DNA of 64,000 nucleotides from Paraphysomonas bandaiensis (lineage: Eukaryota > Protista > Chrysophyceae), in the NCBI GenBank assembly GCA_965644295.1, contig CBFFRP010000046.1, positions 62,001-126,000 on the forward strand, written 5' to 3'. Numbering within the stretch: the first letter of the stretch is position 1; every line of letters starts with the position of its first letter. The notes beneath the pieces were generated by a model, which was not told the origin of the DNA, did not search any database, and was given only the letters and a program-made list of their open reading frames with translations. A program made the translations under genes and the position numbers. Shown piece by piece: positions 1 through 13,578 of the stretch.

Positions 1-3000
1 CATTAACCTCTCTTTGTCCTTCGCGATCATTTCGTTAACAACCTTCGTACTAGTGTTACCAGCTTCGTCGGTGACAAATACAAGGTTGTTAAGTGCATCG
101 TAGCAATCACCTAGGTATTTCATTATTTTAGGTGGGTTCGTACCGTTGGCAAGCATATCCAGCAATGCCACATTGGACACAAAATAAAAACGAGGGAAAA
201 TCTTCTTTTTCTGGTCTAGATATTCATTGAGGGATTTCTGACACTGGTCCAAACGACTCATAGTACTCATTAGGAGCTCCTGCCTTCCATCCGCAGAACA
301 CACATTTATTACATTTGGTTCTGTAACAGCTTCCTTCATGAGTTCTTTAAACTCGGAATCCAACCCTTCGAAACGCTTTGTGTCATCAGGTAGTTGGGAA
401 CGAATATCCGCTGATGCAAGGAAAATGCTCTCCAGTGCAGCCCATGATCTGGAGACGTTAACCCAAACCTTAAGAACATCTTCCACTGTTCCAAGTGTAC
501 TTTGCCATTGCAACACACGATCGCGGAAGAAGTCTACAAACTTGCCCATGCCTATCATGGTTTGCAGTTCCAGCTGATGAGTTTCTAGGCCTTCAATGAC
601 TTCTTCAGATGGACGAATGAGCATCATTTCACTATCGTTATGAGGAACGTAGTCCAAAACCATTGTACGCCAAAGGGTTTCAATATCTTTAAGCTTTCTT
701 TCAATTTTGAGCTCTTTGCTCGCTGTCTCGACGACTTCCTCAATGTCTTCGGCATATTTATGGATGCCGATTTTGACAATATCTTCGAATGTGAACTTTG
801 GGTCGTGAGGGTCAATATTTTTGACATTGCAAACTTTTGCCACCTGCTTCCAGTGACGGTCACGCATAGCAGCACTGTGCAGATCGTTCACCAAAGGAAG
901 CACTATACCCATGTTCTTAATAGTTTCCTCAATGGAGCGGTATACTGCCCATCCCTTCACGACAGGAGTTTCGTTAGCCATTTTACGGAGGGATTTGAGG
1001 AGAGACTTCGTAACATCCTCGAGATTATCGGTATTAATATCTGCCCACAACAAGGAATTCCAACTCTCAAATGTCGTGAGTACCAATGACTTCATGTCCC
1101 ACACATACTTCAGCAATCTCAGCTCAGTACGAGTGTCACCCGTCTCTGGGTACTTCGATACTTGCAACTCAAAGAGCTCTTCCAACTCGTTGAACTTCTT
1201 AGCCTCCTCCTCTTTCTTTACCAGTTCGTTAGCATGGAAATCCATCATTTTGTAAGCCTCAGAGGGAGAACCAGTGAAAGTGAAAGGAGCATCCTTCCTA
1301 AAGTTGTTGCGGAACTCGCGAATAGACAAGTAAAACTCTTCAAGAGACACCTTCAGTGACTCCACCTCTCTATTCTGCATAGGCAAGATCTCTTCTTTCT
1401 TCTTAAACGTCTTCTTTACAACAGCATCCCATGCCATAGGGGCATCATCCAGGTAGTCTTGTACAGGAATATCACCAATGTTGGGAATAGATGAAATCTC
1501 AACACCGTGAGCTTTCATTGTATTCAATGTATCCTGCAGAGGCTCGAACATTTCTTCTGTTATATCCATCGCCTTGCGCACATCTCGAATATCTTCCATG
1601 ACTGTCATCAAAGCACTCTTTCCAGCCGCACCCTCTTCGACTTCAATATCCAAGCCCTTATTAACCTGGGCCATAAATCCATCCAGAGTAGTAAGTTTTT
1701 CAACCAATGTCGTCTTCAAACAACTAATGAACATCTCAATCCATCTTGACGTCCACGTCATGAGTTGCGACTTAATAGGTTGAGTGTTGATGCGGAGCCA
1801 CCCAACATCCATCGGCGATTGTAACTTGTGAATACTATCGCGAATACCTTCATACTTTACAAGGGCGGCATCGAATTTCTTTAGATCCAACAAACTTTGC
1901 CCATTCTCAGTAACAATCTGGGCATCCTCTTTAAACTCAGCAAAGAAGACGGGTAACTCAGTACTCCAGAGGTAACTATGCCGATCGTACTCCGCCTTTA
2001 CCGCGAAGCAACGATCTTCGTTCTCTTGCAACGTTTCGTTTATACGCGCCAATAACATACAAACGTTGTGATCCATTTGCATTTCACGAAGGTACGTCCC
2101 TTCGTTATCCAGCCGCTTAAAAAGAGTTGCGACGTTGAAAAACGAGCCAAGCCAGCCATTGACTAGATCGCGAATTCCCTTACCATTGGCAGGTAACAAG
2201 TCAGGAATAAATTTAACTTCATCACGACGTCCCTCTTCGTGGCGGACACTAACAAGATCTAGTTTGACTTCGATAACTGGCATCTTATCCTCCTTCGCAA
2301 TCTGCTCCGCATCGAGCTGATCATATAGGTACTCCAACGAAGTATAGACAACACCCGCGAGACCATCAACAACAATATTATTTACAAAATCGACATACGC
2401 TCGCCAGTCATTGGAAGCATTAGATACCCGAAGAACCTTGTTTGTATCCTTAACCATGGTATGAATAGATTTCCCACCATCCTTAATCTCAGCGTATCGC
2501 TCCTTGACAAGATTCTTATGTTCTCGTTCAAATTCATCCTTAACCATGGGTTTGGGTTTGCGGCTAAGCAGAGGCTTCTTATAAGTCTCAAGCTGCTCTG
2601 TAATTAATCTCATGTTCTCCTTCATAGTACGGACAACCTCATTTACCATGGTTACCTGCTCCATGGAATCAACAATAAACTCATTTATGCCATTAGTTTT
2701 CCAGTTCATAACAGTAAGACCGCGCTCGATGACTGTGTCAAACTTAGTCAGGTACGGCTGAACCAATGGCTTCTCCACTGGAAGTAAGCAATTGAGAACG
2801 TCGTTATTCATATTCACAATGAGGTCTAGATTTCCAGTCCACCTCCTGAAAGTCTCAACCTGCTGGTATATCTCAAGTGCTGACTCCGGCACGTTTAGTC
2901 CGAGAAGAAGAAAGTACTTCACCTCTCGCAATAGACGAACGAGTGCTGGGTCAAAGTTAACAGAAAGAATTCTGGTTTCAGGATGACGTAAAAGAAGAGG

Positions 3001-5031
3001 GAGCTTAAGTTTAGACTGTGATGAGAACTCAACATCTCTACCCCATTCCTCGATCTTTTGGTTCTCATACTCCTGAAGAGATGCCATGATGGTAGCATAT
3101 ACCTTCGAGACTTCTTTTGCTTCTTCTCGTTCTAAAATCGAGCGCTCCAGCTGCTGCAACTTCGCCATAGGAATGTGAATTCGCTCGACTAGTCCACGGC
3201 ACCACGTCAACGCACCGGCAATAGGCGGCAGATTCCACGCAATAGGACAGTTATCTCTGTATTGCAAAAAGAGTTCTTGTACAGTCTTCAAGTCGTGGCC
3301 ATACGACTGCACCAAACTAACATACTTCTTCTCGAGCTCGTCTTGAATAATTGGGCGCTCTAGCAAACCCTCAAAGCTATCGAGCAGCTTAAACCGACCA
3401 TAGACTGTCGCGCAATCATCAAAAGCAAGGCTCACGACAGCTCCCAGTCGTCGTTCTAGTTCCTTGATAGTGCACCGGAACTCGTAAAAGTCGTCGTCAA
3501 ACTCCTTCGCTCCAACATCCATTATATCGTAAGGCACAGATTTAAATTTCGCAACAGCATACTGAAAATCTTCATAAATCTGCTTGATAGATGCAGTCAG
3601 AGTCTTTCCTTTAGTACCACCTACTTCGATTTTTGCAAGTTTACTGAACTGAACAATTGTCTGAGTTAGATCCAGGATATCGTGACACCTTTCGAGGAAT
3701 GAGTCCAAACGCATGAACAGTGCATTGTTTTGGATCTTCCATGGATTAGCAGGACATTCTGCATTTGCAGTTGCTTTGTAATCAAAATACGTCGATTTAA
3801 AAGTTCCACAGACGTGAAGAGTGGTCTTTAGCATCGTGACGGCTTGATTAGCCTCTTCATTCTCAATCATATTAAATATTTGGGATCCACTGACGTACTT
3901 AGTCGCTTGAGCGATCAGGCTATTGCATATCTCTCTCATAAGCACAACTAGGCGTGCCGGTGTATTGTAATGCTTAGAGTTCTTCCAAATGAGAAGAATG
4001 ATATGAAGCATAGGCTTAAATAATTCAACAGTTTTTGGAAAGTCGTCTTCGCCGTTTAGATTCTGAAACCAAACCTCAAGAGTGCGAAGGTACTTAGTGT
4101 TATCGTTAGCCTCCATGCGGGCCGTAAAAACCTCTTTGCAAAGTCTGGCAAATGTAGTACAGTATGTGCTTTTCGATTGGTCCAGGGCCCGCAGAACACG
4201 GCGAATACGAGGTCCTTGTAACTGTTCAAATATTGAATTCAAATTACCGGCCTTGTTCTTCCAGAACTCGATTTCGACGTCTGGTGTAGGGTGCATTCCT
4301 TGTTTCAGCTGCGACTCAGGATCCTGCTTCAGCACACTACGAATTTGCTTTGTCCATGTGATAATTGCTCCTTCCAACAAGGAGATGCGATTCTTTCCCG
4401 TACTGGGACCTCCGCTAAGATCGATAGGCGGCATGGGCAACCTAGTTTCGCCTTTAATCTGGCCGCATATAATGGTGGTACTTGATAAGAAGTTGTGAAA
4501 TCGGTCCATTATTTCACGAGTAGGAACCTCACCCCATTTTGCTTGGTTCTGGGGATTCGAGAGAACAGGCAAGAATATTTCGTTTGCTAGTAGTTCCAAA
4601 TGTTCAAAAGGACTAGGACCGCCAAGTTCAGTTGCAATTAACTGCATAACATATCGAATCAAACACTATCAGATGAATACATACATATGACTCACATCTG
4701 ACTGAATGTTGTCCATTTTAAGTGTACAAGTCCTTAATTTAACGAAGAGAAGAACTTTTCCTTTCGAGAGCTTTGATGGGATGACTTTATCCAACTTCAT
4801 AGTCTCCGGCACCACTAAACATCGACAGTCTTCCAGCTCACAGAATTGTGTAATCGTCTCTCTGAATAACATCATTATTAATCAATACAACAAACAAAGG
4901 GATCATGTCAAGCACCTTGTCTCCTCTGTCCCCAATAATTTGTCAAGCTTGGTCCCTGCAAGCTTAGGGAAAGCGGATGCTATTCTATCTTTAATATATT
5001 CAAATCTTTTATCTTCAGATGATTCTGCCAT
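1..5031 (-). CDS. ODA4: Axonemal outer-arm dynein heavy chain, beta-type (DNAH9/11/17-like), 5' part; runs off the window's left edge
   Basis: Start MAESSEDKRFEYIKDRI at 5031. Introns ~4862-4915 and ~4642-4695, then one long exon, missing from the ORF track because it has no stop in the window. It encodes PFEHLELLANEIFLPVLSNPQNQAKWGEVPTREIMDRFHNFLSSTTIICGQIKGETRLPMPP (DHC_N1) and, near the left edge, KIFPRFYFVSNVALLDMLANG (DHC_N2 linker). Confidence 0.92.
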
Positions 5032-5525
5032 GACGTGATACAACTTATTGTTCCTACCCCAATTAGTTGTTTTATAATGTGAGGTCACTCACGTGAATGG
5101 AAATGGCTGACTCTAACTTGGCTCTATACAATCTTCACACTGCTGGAAGTTTCAACACTGCAGCTGGGTGTGTGTGTATTCAGATCACAACAATCACTTT
5201 CAGTTGAAAAGAAACGGCCGTCGTCAGAATCTTAGAGAGTCACGAAAAACTGAAATTCTTGGCAGTTTGGAGCTGGGTTTGAAATCTCAACGAATTGTTT
5301 TTTTTTTCAATGATTTCGAGCACACACAGACTTTTAACACATCATCCAATCAACTATTATTATGATCTGTTCTATCAGTGAACTGATTGGTCACTTTGAA
5401 GTCGAAGTGAAGTGAAGTAAAGTGAAAGTCACTTCAAAGTATGCCAAAATCTATCTGTCAGTGACCGGAGCGAGAGTCCTCATATCTTACATACGCTACT
5501 GCTACAGAGGCCTGTATAGTTAATT

Positions 5526-8355
5526 ATGAGTCTGGACAGAGCTCGAGATATAGAAGAAAAACTACGATATTTGTAAGCCCTCCTGATATGATTATAATGA
5601 ATGACCTGTTTGTGAAGGGAGTCACGCAGAAGTGTTCTTGAGAAACGCATTCAATTAAGAGAATCGACTTTAGCGGAGTTCTCCTCTGCTCATGAAAAGA
5701 GTATTGAGAGAATGCGTCAGGTGGCTTTAAAGCAGAATGAAGCCGCAAGAGCTCGAAACAGAGAACTACTGAACAGCATATGCGCTGCAGAGGGATCGAT
5801 GGCAAATAGGAGCAAACGGGCTGTCTCATCGCGCTCTTCGTCTCAATTAGAGCACGCAAAGAAGTCTTATTTATCATTTACAGAGAAACTGCGACCCTAT
5901 TGGAGGGAGCAACAGACTATTCAGCAGATGGGCATACTCAAACAACTGCAACGGGAGAAGGAGTCTGCGGAAACGAGAAGAGAGGTATGTGATTGAGGTT
6001 ATATGAGTTGCGTGGTGATATTGTTGCAGCGTACTTTGAGAGATATGGAGCGAGAACACCAACTGAGGCAAGTTTTGTGTTTTCTTCTGTGACATTGGGT
6101 GACACGTGATTATGCAGGGTTGCAATGGAACAGGAACGGAGACAGTTGTTGCTTTCTTTATCGTTAGAGCAAAGAGATGCTCTGGAAGCAACTGCCCAGG
6201 CGGAGATACTGCGGGAGCAAGGCAGAGCTGTGGAGGAGGTGATTAGCGAGGAGTTCAATTCTTTTGGGGAGGAATACCAGCGACAAGTGTCTGGTGCAGC
6301 TGAGAGAGAGGCTACAGAAGCTAGACACACTATCGCCCCACTTTTTGCACCACCACCATCTCGCATTCTACCCCCAGTCACGCAGAGACTGGTAGATAAA
6401 ACACCTCCAAGGCTAACTGGTAACGCTCTACGAGCAACAGATAGTACCCGGTTAGAGGGAAGAGTTGAACATCCATCAACAACAGCGTATGAGGACAGTG
6501 AGCAACCGCTGGTATCAACAAAACCAGACCCACAAAGACCAGCAATTACCTCTCCACAGCCAGTGGGCAGCAAGGAGCATCCACCAGTACTAGCTAAATT
6601 GGCGGGAAGCCCCGAGCAACCACCTGCAGCAAGGCTAGTGGGTAATACTGAGCAACAACGAGAAAAGGTAGTCAGTTATTCATTAGACGAATCAAACGGT
6701 GCTGAGTCGTCCAACGCTGGAGCTTCTGGTAGCGTTGTGCCCGCAGTGTCACCAGCACGTGACCCCGTTATGCGCTCTGTTTCTGGTGATTCTGGTAGCA
6801 TTAAGTCACTTGATGCTCCGCGGTCAGACCTTTCTATTAACTCAGCTGGTGATGATAAACCTGAAAAGGTGGAGGAGAGCAAAAACCTGAGTGCTCCTGC
6901 TGCCGTCACTAATCAAGGCATGGCACCCAATCAAGATACACCAATACCAGCCACTCCCTCTTTAGTCACTCAGGCTTCATCTTCTGATGATATCCCACTG
7001 GACCGGAACATGCTTGTCGTTTCTGCAGACAGATTATCTGCCGAGCTCCCTCCGCGACCCCCCCGTAGGTCTCAGGAACAGGAAACAGGAAAGGATTTAT
7101 CGGTGACTGACGAATCTAAAAGCACAACAGATTTGCGTATAACTAGTACCATGGAAACTACTCAAGTAGCTGCTCTGCTACAAGCTGTATGTTCCTATCT
7201 GGAGAACATGGACGAGCCATTGGTTGTGAAAAAAGCGTATTTCACAGCCGCCAATGATGCAAACAGCGTACCCAGCAGTGAAGTTATGAATCTCATTAAC
7301 GACCATGGGAAGAATAAGGTGTTTTCGTCGTCTGCTGCGGCTGCAGCGATTCTTATACTGAAGGTGGCTGATGAAAAGGGGTCGTATATGCTTCCAAGGT
7401 ACTGTATGCCATGGAACACGATAGTGATGTAATAACATGTGCTAGTGATCTCTTGAACGGAGTAGTGTCTGTGGAAAAAGTGAACAAAAGTCATAAGAAG
7501 ATGGGAGGTCACCGCGCTGAAGTTTGGACAGCTCTGACAGATCACATGCGACGGATAATAGAGTCGAAGCGAATGTCGCAGGAGGAGATTTGCAAGTAGT
7601 ATTCGTGGTGTGACCTTACCGTATGTAACACTGTAATGTAGGATAGTTACGTCGTCTCTGGTCAATCACATAGATGCAGATGATAGGTCAAGGGTAGAGA
7701 GGAAGGTAGTTTATATATTTTGACGTACCGTCTAAATTGACCGTGCGTGAAGGTGCTAAAGCTGGTTCAATTGGCCGTTCTGCCACCTGAGAAGGAGGTC
7801 CACCGTTATCACTCATAAGTATATTTATTTTAATCATATGTATTAGAGTCATACCCCTCGTCCGCCGGTGCCCCCACCTCGTAAGTTTGGTATTTCATAC
7901 GACCCCTCCCCAACCCCTCCAGGTTCATGACACTTTATTTTATAAAATATGCCGGCTAATGTAATTTGACGAATAGATACACCCTCCATTAAGACATACA
8001 GTGAAGGGGGATTATCGGCACCGACCTCGCCTGCGGTGAATGTCGATCTGACCATACCATCTCCGGCAAGAGCACCAAATAGTTCTACAAAGGTAATATC
8101 ATCGAGGTTTATAAATAATTCCTCAATCTCTAAATAGAGCAAAACTGTTTCAACTCTCCCCATGTCCAGCCAAATTCTCAAATCTGCTGCCTTGGCTAAA
8201 TTCCAGGTTTGATGTTGAACAATGTAGTGATGAGCATTGATGTTGTTGTGCAGGTGGACGACGATGAAATTGAAGATGATGACGGGTTTGAAGCCCCTGC
8301 CATAGTCATGCGTGATCTCTCGGAACAACAAGACGATGATGAATTTGACTTTTAG
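5526..8355 (+). CDS. Coiled-coil + low-complexity protein, possibly Kizuna (centrosomal KIZ)-like; multi-exon
   Basis: Splicing 5526-5572 to 5618 gives MSLDRARDIEEKLRYLESRRSVLEKRI...NEAARARNRELL, in frame with ORF 5712. It continues through ORF 6125-7432 and ends QDDDEFDF* at 8355. Gene existence is well supported; the Kizuna resemblance is from memory only. Confidence 0.6.
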
Positions 8356-11300
8356 ATGTCCTGTGTTGACTGATAGCGTGATGTATGTATATATCTGCAG
8401 GTTTGATGGTAGTAGTATTTCGAGTTGTCTAGCATGTGTCGGTAGTAAATTAGTTGCATTTCGATAATAATACGTGCATGAATAGACACTTTCTTTTACC
8501 TTTATGCTAAAGCTGGGTCAATGGTTATATATGAAAATTTTATGCTTTTTCATTATTGAAGCTCTGTCCACTTTATTTCAGAGTGATCTATTCAACAGAG
8601 TTTCACTCGATTATACATGCAAGCACATAGAAAGTGTTCATTTAGCTTCCCCCAAAATACGACTGTTCAATTGTATTGAAAACTTGTTTTTGATATGACG
8701 TAATTCTCAAGAAGTGGTACTGTAGGTAACTAGGTAACTTTTGTTCTGCTTTTACTATTACCTTCTATCTACTTCGTAATACTTTAACAAATCAAACACC
8801 AAGACAAGCGAAATATCATTGAATTCACTAAGCTCGAATAAACCACGGGTTGGGCATTAAATTAACGCTATAATCTTGTCAAAATGTACTACATCCCGTA
8901 AATTTAGGTGACAGGAGTGACACAGCACCACATTGTGTGAGGAACAGAGTTTTTAGGTATTATACACTCGCCGTCCGTCTAGGACATGATACATTCGCAT
9001 CAACTTGAAACCAATACAAAGCACTACCAGGTATAACTATGTTTCTGTTACATTTTTCACATAAAAAATAACGTCATCTTGTTCTGAAGCTTCTTCCCTC
9101 CTTCGCCTCTTCACAGGAGCTGTTACATTAACGTTAAGCACGATAGTGACTGCAATGGCAACACAAACTTACATTCAACTAGATGAGACCATCCTTGAGC
9201 CTCCGCAAACTCCTTCTCCTTCAAGTTGAACTCCTTCTTCTGGTCCCGAAGCAGTGGTACTACATACTTACCCGTCTCTATTCCGACTACAGCACCATCC
9301 CGAAGGACAGTATTTGCCTGGGGGGTTTGAAGAAATTGCGCAGCTCTCGAGGAAACAAACATGCCATCAAATAGATTTGTAAACTTGGCCTTCTTGAGCA
9401 GCTCTGCAGGATTTGAGGAGAGCAGAGGGAATACTTTGACCCCCTGGAATGATTCTACAATACACTCAGCGATGGGAAGAATAAGGTGTTTTCGTCGTCT
9501 GCTGCGGCTGCAGCGATTCTTATACTGAAGGTGGCTGATGAAAAGGGGTCGTATATGCTTCCAAGGTACTGTATGCCATGGAACACGATAGTGATGTAAT
9601 AACATGTGCTAGTGATCTCTTGAACGGAGTAGTGTCTGTGGAAAAAGTGAACAAAAGTCATAAGAAGATGGGAGGTCACCGCGCTGAAGTTTGGACAGCT
9701 CTGACAGATCACATGCGACGGATAATAGAGTCGAAGCGAATGTCGCAGGAGGAGATTTGCAAGTAGTATTCGTGGTGTGACCTTACCGTATGTAACACTG
9801 TAATGTAGGATAGTTACGTCGTCTCTGGTCAATCACATAGATGCAGATGATAGGTCAAGGGTAGAGAGGAAGGTAGTTTATATATTTTGACGTACCGTCT
9901 AAATTGACCGTGCGTGAAGGTGCTAAAGCTGGTTCAATTGGCCGTTCTGCCACCTGAGAAGGAGGTCCACCGTTATCACTCATAAGTATATTTATTTTAA
10001 TCATATGTATTAGAGTCATACCCCTCGTCCGCCGGTGCCCCCACCTCGTAAGTTTGGTATTTCATACGACCCCTCCCCAACCCCTCCAGGTTCATGACAC
10101 TTTATTTTATAAAATATGCCGGCTAATGTAATTTGACGAATAGATACACCCTCCATTAAGACATACAGTGAAGGGGGATTATCGGCACCGACCTCGCCTG
10201 CGGTGAATGTCGATCTGACCATACCATCTCCGGCAAGAGCACCAAATAGTTCTACAAAGGTAATATCATCGAGGTTTATAAATAATTCCTCAATCTCTAA
10301 ATAGAGCAAAACTGTTTCAACTCTCCCCATGTCCAGCCAAATTCTCAAATCTGCTGCCTTGGCTAAATTCCAGGTTTGATGTTGAACAATGTAGTGATGA
10401 GCATTGATGTTGTTGTGCAGGTGGACGACGATGAAATTGAAGATGATGACGGGTTTGAAGCCCCTGCCATAGTCATGCGTGATCTCTCGGAACAACAAGA
10501 CGATGATGAATTTGACTTTTAGATGTCCTGTGTTGACTGATAGCGTGATGTATGTATATATCTGCAGGTTTGATGGTAGTAGTATTTCGAGTTGTCTAGC
10601 ATGTGTCGGTAGTAAATTAGTTGCATTTCGATAATAATACGTGCATGAATAGACACTTTCTTTTACCTTTATGCTAAAGCTGGGTCAATGGTTATATATG
10701 AAAATTTTATGCTTTTTCATTATTGAAGCTCTGTCCACTTTATTTCAGAGTGATCTATTCAACAGAGTTTCACTCGATTATACATGCAAGCACATAGAAA
10801 GTGTTCATTTAGCTTCCCCCAAAATACGACTGTTCAATTGTATTGAAAACTTGTTTTTGATATGACGTAATTCTCAAGAAGTGGTACTGTAGGTAACTAG
10901 GTAACTTTTGTTCTGCTTTTACTATTACCTTCTATCTACTTCGTAATACTTTAACAAATCAAACACCAAGACAAGCGAAATATCATTGAATTCACTAAGC
11001 TCGAATAAACCACGGGTTGGGCATTAAATTAACGCTATAATCTTGTCAAAATGTACTACATCCCGTAAATTTAGGTGACAGGAGTGACACAGCACCACAT
11101 TGTGTGAGGAACAGAGTTTTTAGGTATTATACACTCGCCGTCCGTCTAGGACATGATACATTCGCATCAACTTGAAACCAATACAAAGCACTACCAGGTA
11201 TAACTATGTTTCTGTTACATTTTTCACATAAAAAATAACGTCATCTTGTTCTGAAGCTTCTTCCCTCCTTCGCCTCTTCACAGGAGCTGTTACATTAACG

Positions 11301-11637
11301 TTAAGCACGATAGTGACTGCAATGGCAACACAAACTTACATTCAACTAGATGAGACCATCCTTGAGCCTCCGCAAACTCCTTCTCCTTCAAGTTGAACTC
11401 CTTCTTCTGGTCCCGAAGCAGTGGTACTACATACTTACCCGTCTCTATTCCGACTACAGCACCATCCCGAAGGACAGTATTTGCCTGGGGGGTTTGAAGA
11501 AATTGCGCAGCTCTCGAGGAAACAAACATGCCATCAAATAGATTTGTAAACTTGGCCTTCTTGAGCAGCTCTGCAGGATTTGAGGAGAGCAGAGGGAATA
11601 CTTTGACCCCCTGGAATGATTCTACAATACACTCAGC
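7305..11637. repeat. Tandem segmental duplication, 2 x 2166 bp (7305-9470 and 9472-11637)
   Basis: Identical ORFs recur with a 2167 offset (7411/9578, 7849/10016, 8504/10671, 9183/11350). The junction ...tacactcagc-g-atgggaaga... has one extra G at 9471. Confidence 0.95.
9037..9470 (-). pseudogene. Duplicated 3' fragment of DNAAF3, without promoter or 5' exons
   Basis: Same AECIVESFQGVKVFPLL...GWSHLVECKF sequence and last exon as 11204-11637, truncated at the duplication junction. Confidence 0.8.
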
Positions 11638-13004
11638 TCGTTTGAGCTCTGCCGCCAACATCCCCTCGTCATCATCATCTTCATCTTGTGCTACCATTGG
11701 CGCCGGCTTTTCGGCCGCATCGCTATCCTTGCACTCATCACCATCATCATCCAGGTCAAGAACCTCCTCAATAACAGGAAGTTTTTCCTCATCTTTCTTA
11801 TCAGTCTCACTGGGTGCTAAACTCTCACTCTTTCCCAATCCACTAAATATGTCATTTTTCCTGGTCATCAAGTATGGGCTGCCTGTTTCAACTTCCCACA
11901 ACATGCTAAACATATTGAACACCGCTACTTCCACAGTGTTGTGCCTGTGCTGTTCTGTACCAGTACCCTGCGCAGTTACTCTGTTAGCAAGTAGCATTGT
12001 ATTGTATATTCAGACCACATGCCTAGTCATTCCCATAATATTGAGCAACATACCTTGTTGAGAATCTCAAAGAGTCCCTCCGTATAGGTTGAAGCGGGAT
12101 CTGGTAAATTGGAGTCAGCATCAACCCCAAGACAAAAGTAGGGCGATGCAACTATATCTCCCCAAAAGCCTTTCACCTGTATCATCATCGCCTCAACTAG
12201 GCACTACACTTACAGCTTGGTTTTCCATACCTCTTTGTGATGCCCGGCGTCTTTTCCACGCTTCATGGTGCCTTCCACATAAGTCATCATAGTGCGATTA
12301 CCCTCGTCGTAGGTTTGATCGCCAAATTCAAATGCTACCCCCTTTTCCCGCCAATCTCGATACAAGGTTATGTGCACAATAGATGCTGCCGTTTCGCGAA
12401 GTGAGTATTGGAAATCCCAGTCGGCAAGTGCGCGTCGGGAGTCAAAACGTTCTGCGTAGAACCCGCGCATTCGATGGTCACGCAGAGTAGCCATATCACA
12501 TGGAACTTTCCTAGAATAATTTTTAAATATATTTTCAAGTTCATCTTTGTCCTTGTATCTCATGTGCTGAAAGTCCACTAAGTTTAGACTGGTGGAGTTA
12601 TTCGCGACAGAATTTATTAACTTGTGTCCCAATTGTTCTATATACCGAGCAGTTCTCTCCTGAACAAGAGCGTTACCGAATATTTCAAGGAAAACATTCG
12701 CTCTCTGTCGAATCGGAACCTCAAAATCCAAAAATGCTTCCAATAGCAGTAAGTCGCGTGCCAATACTTCACACGGCGACTCCAGTATATAGAAATTAAC
12801 AGATCGGTTTGAGTGACGTCTTCTTCTGGATATCGTATAGATGATATGCCTGATGTCTCCTGGATTAACCAGAAGGATGTTTACGGGATCACTGCCATCA
12901 ACTGATGCAGTACACGCCTTCTCTATAGCTTCCAGAACATCAAAAGTAGAGGACAGTCCCCACATAGCATGATGCCCAAGACCACGTATGATTACCTCTG
13001 ACAT
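11204..13004 (-). CDS. DNAAF3: Dynein axonemal assembly factor 3 (PF22)
   Basis: GLGHHAMWGLS, NILLVNPGDIRHII, EVLARDLLLL, FLEIFGN, RDHRMRGFYAERFDSR, WREKGVAFE and NRTM are DNAAF3 motifs. Last exon ends ...DDVIFYVKNVTET* at 11204. Confidence 0.9.
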
Positions 13005-13578
13005 TGGCTTTACTAGCTCAGCAATCTCTTAGAGAAATGAACTGGAAGATGGTATGTAACAGATGGAAGGTGTGCACAGTTCTGCTGTATCAGTGTATCA
13101 GTACATGCTGTGTATGAGCAGTATATAAGTACTTCTCATGTTTGTACTGCTGCAGTACGGTGTATGGAGGAGTACAAGTCACAGAGGTACATATCGAAAC
13201 GTTTCCTGATATGGGTCGGTAGTGCTGGAATACGGCTGTATACTACCATACTAATAAAGATCCTCTTGACTCTCTGGTATCGGCAGTCAGCATCTTATTT
13301 TTCGTATTTATATTGAAGCAAAATTTGTCTATATTACTGCAATACTACTACGGCTGTAATACAGATAATTGTTGCCTCAATATTAGAGGCACCTTTGAAC
13401 AAAAATAGACGAAGGATGCCGTATATGTACGTATGTATATATCCCTCGCACTGAACTATACTTAGCTCCAAGACACTATCTACACTGGAGCCAAGCCTTC
13501 CTTCACATAAGTGAAACATTCATTTGTCTAATCATAATAGCAGTACTCTTCCATCTCCTATCCATTATATTCTGTTCT

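Noticed and set aside
338-5038. Plus-strand ORFs over the first 5 kb
   Set aside because: Antisense shadows of the dynein heavy chain exons.
7849-8331. 160-aa minus-strand ORF and its copy at 10016-10498
   Set aside because: Antisense to exons of the plus-strand gene; it recurs only because of the tandem duplication.
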